DNA from: Iphione sp. A-MEVVRFRX5
Taxonomy: Eukaryota
NCBI GenBank assembly: GCA_976226885.1
Contig: OZ320315.1
Span: 34,412,001-34,476,000, forward strand
Direction of reading: 5' to 3'
DNA length: 64,000 bases
This document shows positions 62,586-64,000 of this stretch, piece after piece (position 1 is the stretch's first letter; each line of letters begins with the position of its first letter). The position numbers were made by a program, and so were the translations under genes. The notes beneath the pieces were generated by a model. The model was not told where the DNA came from and did not search any database. It worked only from the letters and a program-made list of their open reading frames with translations.

Positions 62586-64000
62586 ATGAATCACCAGGTG
62601 AATCTTCCAAACTACCCTGAATTCATCGTCACTGATGACCCTGAGATATCTCTGAAGTGGGAAGAATGGCTGGAAGCATTCGAAGCTATGCTTGCAGCCA
62701 TGAGAGTGACAGAAGAAAGGGACAAGAGGAACATGATTATGCACTATATAGGGCCAGCAGCAAGAAAAGTGATCAAGAGGCTGGAGAACACAGGTGGTGA
62801 AGCAGAATATGTAGCCTTAAGAAATGCCCTGAATGGTCATTTTAAGCCAAAACTCAACAGAGTTTACTTGATGAATATGCTCCATCAAGTGCAACAACAG
62901 ACAGGAGAGTCGATTGACAACTTTCTTGTTCGAGTAAAGGAAAAAGTTGCCGTCATCCAGATTGACAAGTTGTCAAAAGAAGAAATCATTGACCTGATAA
63001 CTTTGTCCCAGATGGTCAACAACTGTGTGAGTAAACATGTGAAAAGGAAGGCGATCCGTGATGGTTTAAACTTAAATGATTTTATGCAAACCGCACGTGC
63101 AGCAGAGTGAACTGAATTCCAGATGAAGGACTTGGAAGCAGAGTCCACAACAAGTTCGACTTCCAGTTCAGCCAATGCCGTCACCGATGACAGGAGCAGA
63201 GGTAGAAAACCGCATCGTGGCAGATCACGGGGACGATCGCAGAGTCGAGGCCGCTCCAAGTCACAACACCACAGGAAGGACAAGAAGTGTTTCCGATGTG
63301 GAGGATCTTTCCCACATGACGGTGACTGTCCAGCGAAGAGTCAAACCTGTCGGAAATGTCAGAGAGTTGGACATTATGAGAAGATGTGTCGCATGAAGAT
63401 GTCAAAGAAAGGAAGTGTCAACCAAGTCTACAATGACAAATATGTCATGGTGCCCGCTGTTTCCATTGCATCTGTAGCGAGGCAGAACAAGAAGACGAAG
63501 ACAGTGACACTACTGATGGATGACGAAGAAGTCGCACTACTGCTGGACACAGGAGCAGAAATTAATATTATTGGAGAGGAAACGTTCCGCACACTGAAGA
63601 ACAGACGAAAGGACCTGAAGAGGCCAGACAAGAAATACTGTGGCTACGGACCAGAAGGTGAGCGAGTCGAGCTGCCTATTCTCGGGTACTTCAGTGAAGT
63701 AGTGAAAGCTCCACAAACAATGAAGATGACTCGTGCCGAGATCTACGTTCTGAAGGGCAAGGCAATGAATTTGCTAAGCTACGAGACTGCAGAGAAGCTG
63801 GGACTAGTGTCATTTGCACACATCTATGAAGTCGGTGCCAACAACGTAGACCAAGTCGTGGAGGAATATGCGGACAGATTTGAAGGAATTGGGAAGATGA
63901 AAGAAGTCCAGGTACATCTAAGCATCAATAAAGAAGTGAAGCCGATAGCTCAGAAGGCAAGGCGAGTACCATTCCATCTGAGAGAGAACGTTGAACAGGA
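62586..64000 (+). pseudogene. Single-frame gag-protease-RT of the second Gypsy element, one TGA at 63108
   Basis: The frame continues past the TGA to a double knuckle (CFRCGGSFPHDGDCPAKSQTCRKCQRVGHYEKMC), the protease motif LLDTGAEINII and the RT start (ARRVPFHLRE). Confidence 0.9.

Larger units (their letters stand above)
56300..64000 (+). mobile_element. Second Ty3/Gypsy element (Mag-like), leader interrupted by Ngaro element 2, truncated by the window end
   Basis: 156-bp LTR TGTTGT...ACAACA (56300-56455) with AATAAA at 56388; PBS TGGCGACGAGGAT (tRNA-Ser(GCU)-type) at 56457; gag-pol from 62586. The partner LTR lies outside the window. Confidence 0.85.

Overview
Repeat-rich animal (invertebrate-like) nuclear DNA; the species cannot be determined from sequence alone. 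It holds two convergent spliced host genes. One is an aldo-keto reductase of AKR1-type exon structure (+, exons 2-10 at 10183-35967) that appears to lack the catalytic Tyr. The other is a BTB-BACK-Kelch (KLHL-family) gene (-, 55840-50786). Four large retroelements are present: (1) an apparently intact Ngaro-type tyrosine-recombinase (YR) retrotransposon with split direct repeats in AKR intron 9 (28395-32675); (2) a full-length Ty3/Gypsy LTR element (39638-48872); (3) a second Gypsy element (LTR 56300-56455, gag-pol running off the window end); (4) a second, GC-rich Ngaro-type element (56816-61816, -) nested in the leader of element 3. The most unusual item is the 3.7 kb between pol and the 3' LTR of element 2. 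It holds a head-to-head pair of accessory genes: a sense C2H2 zinc-finger protein with an SV40-like NLS, and an antisense gene with an in-frame spliceosomal intron. Its LTR also carries a cluster of TCCGTGA motifs, an arrangement reminiscent of a complex retrovirus. Both Ngaro elements share an in-phase A_AAA_AAC -1 frameshift heptamer at the gag/RT junction. The remainder is LINE fragments, tRNA-derived SINEs, MITEs, a pogo/Tigger remnant and satellites.
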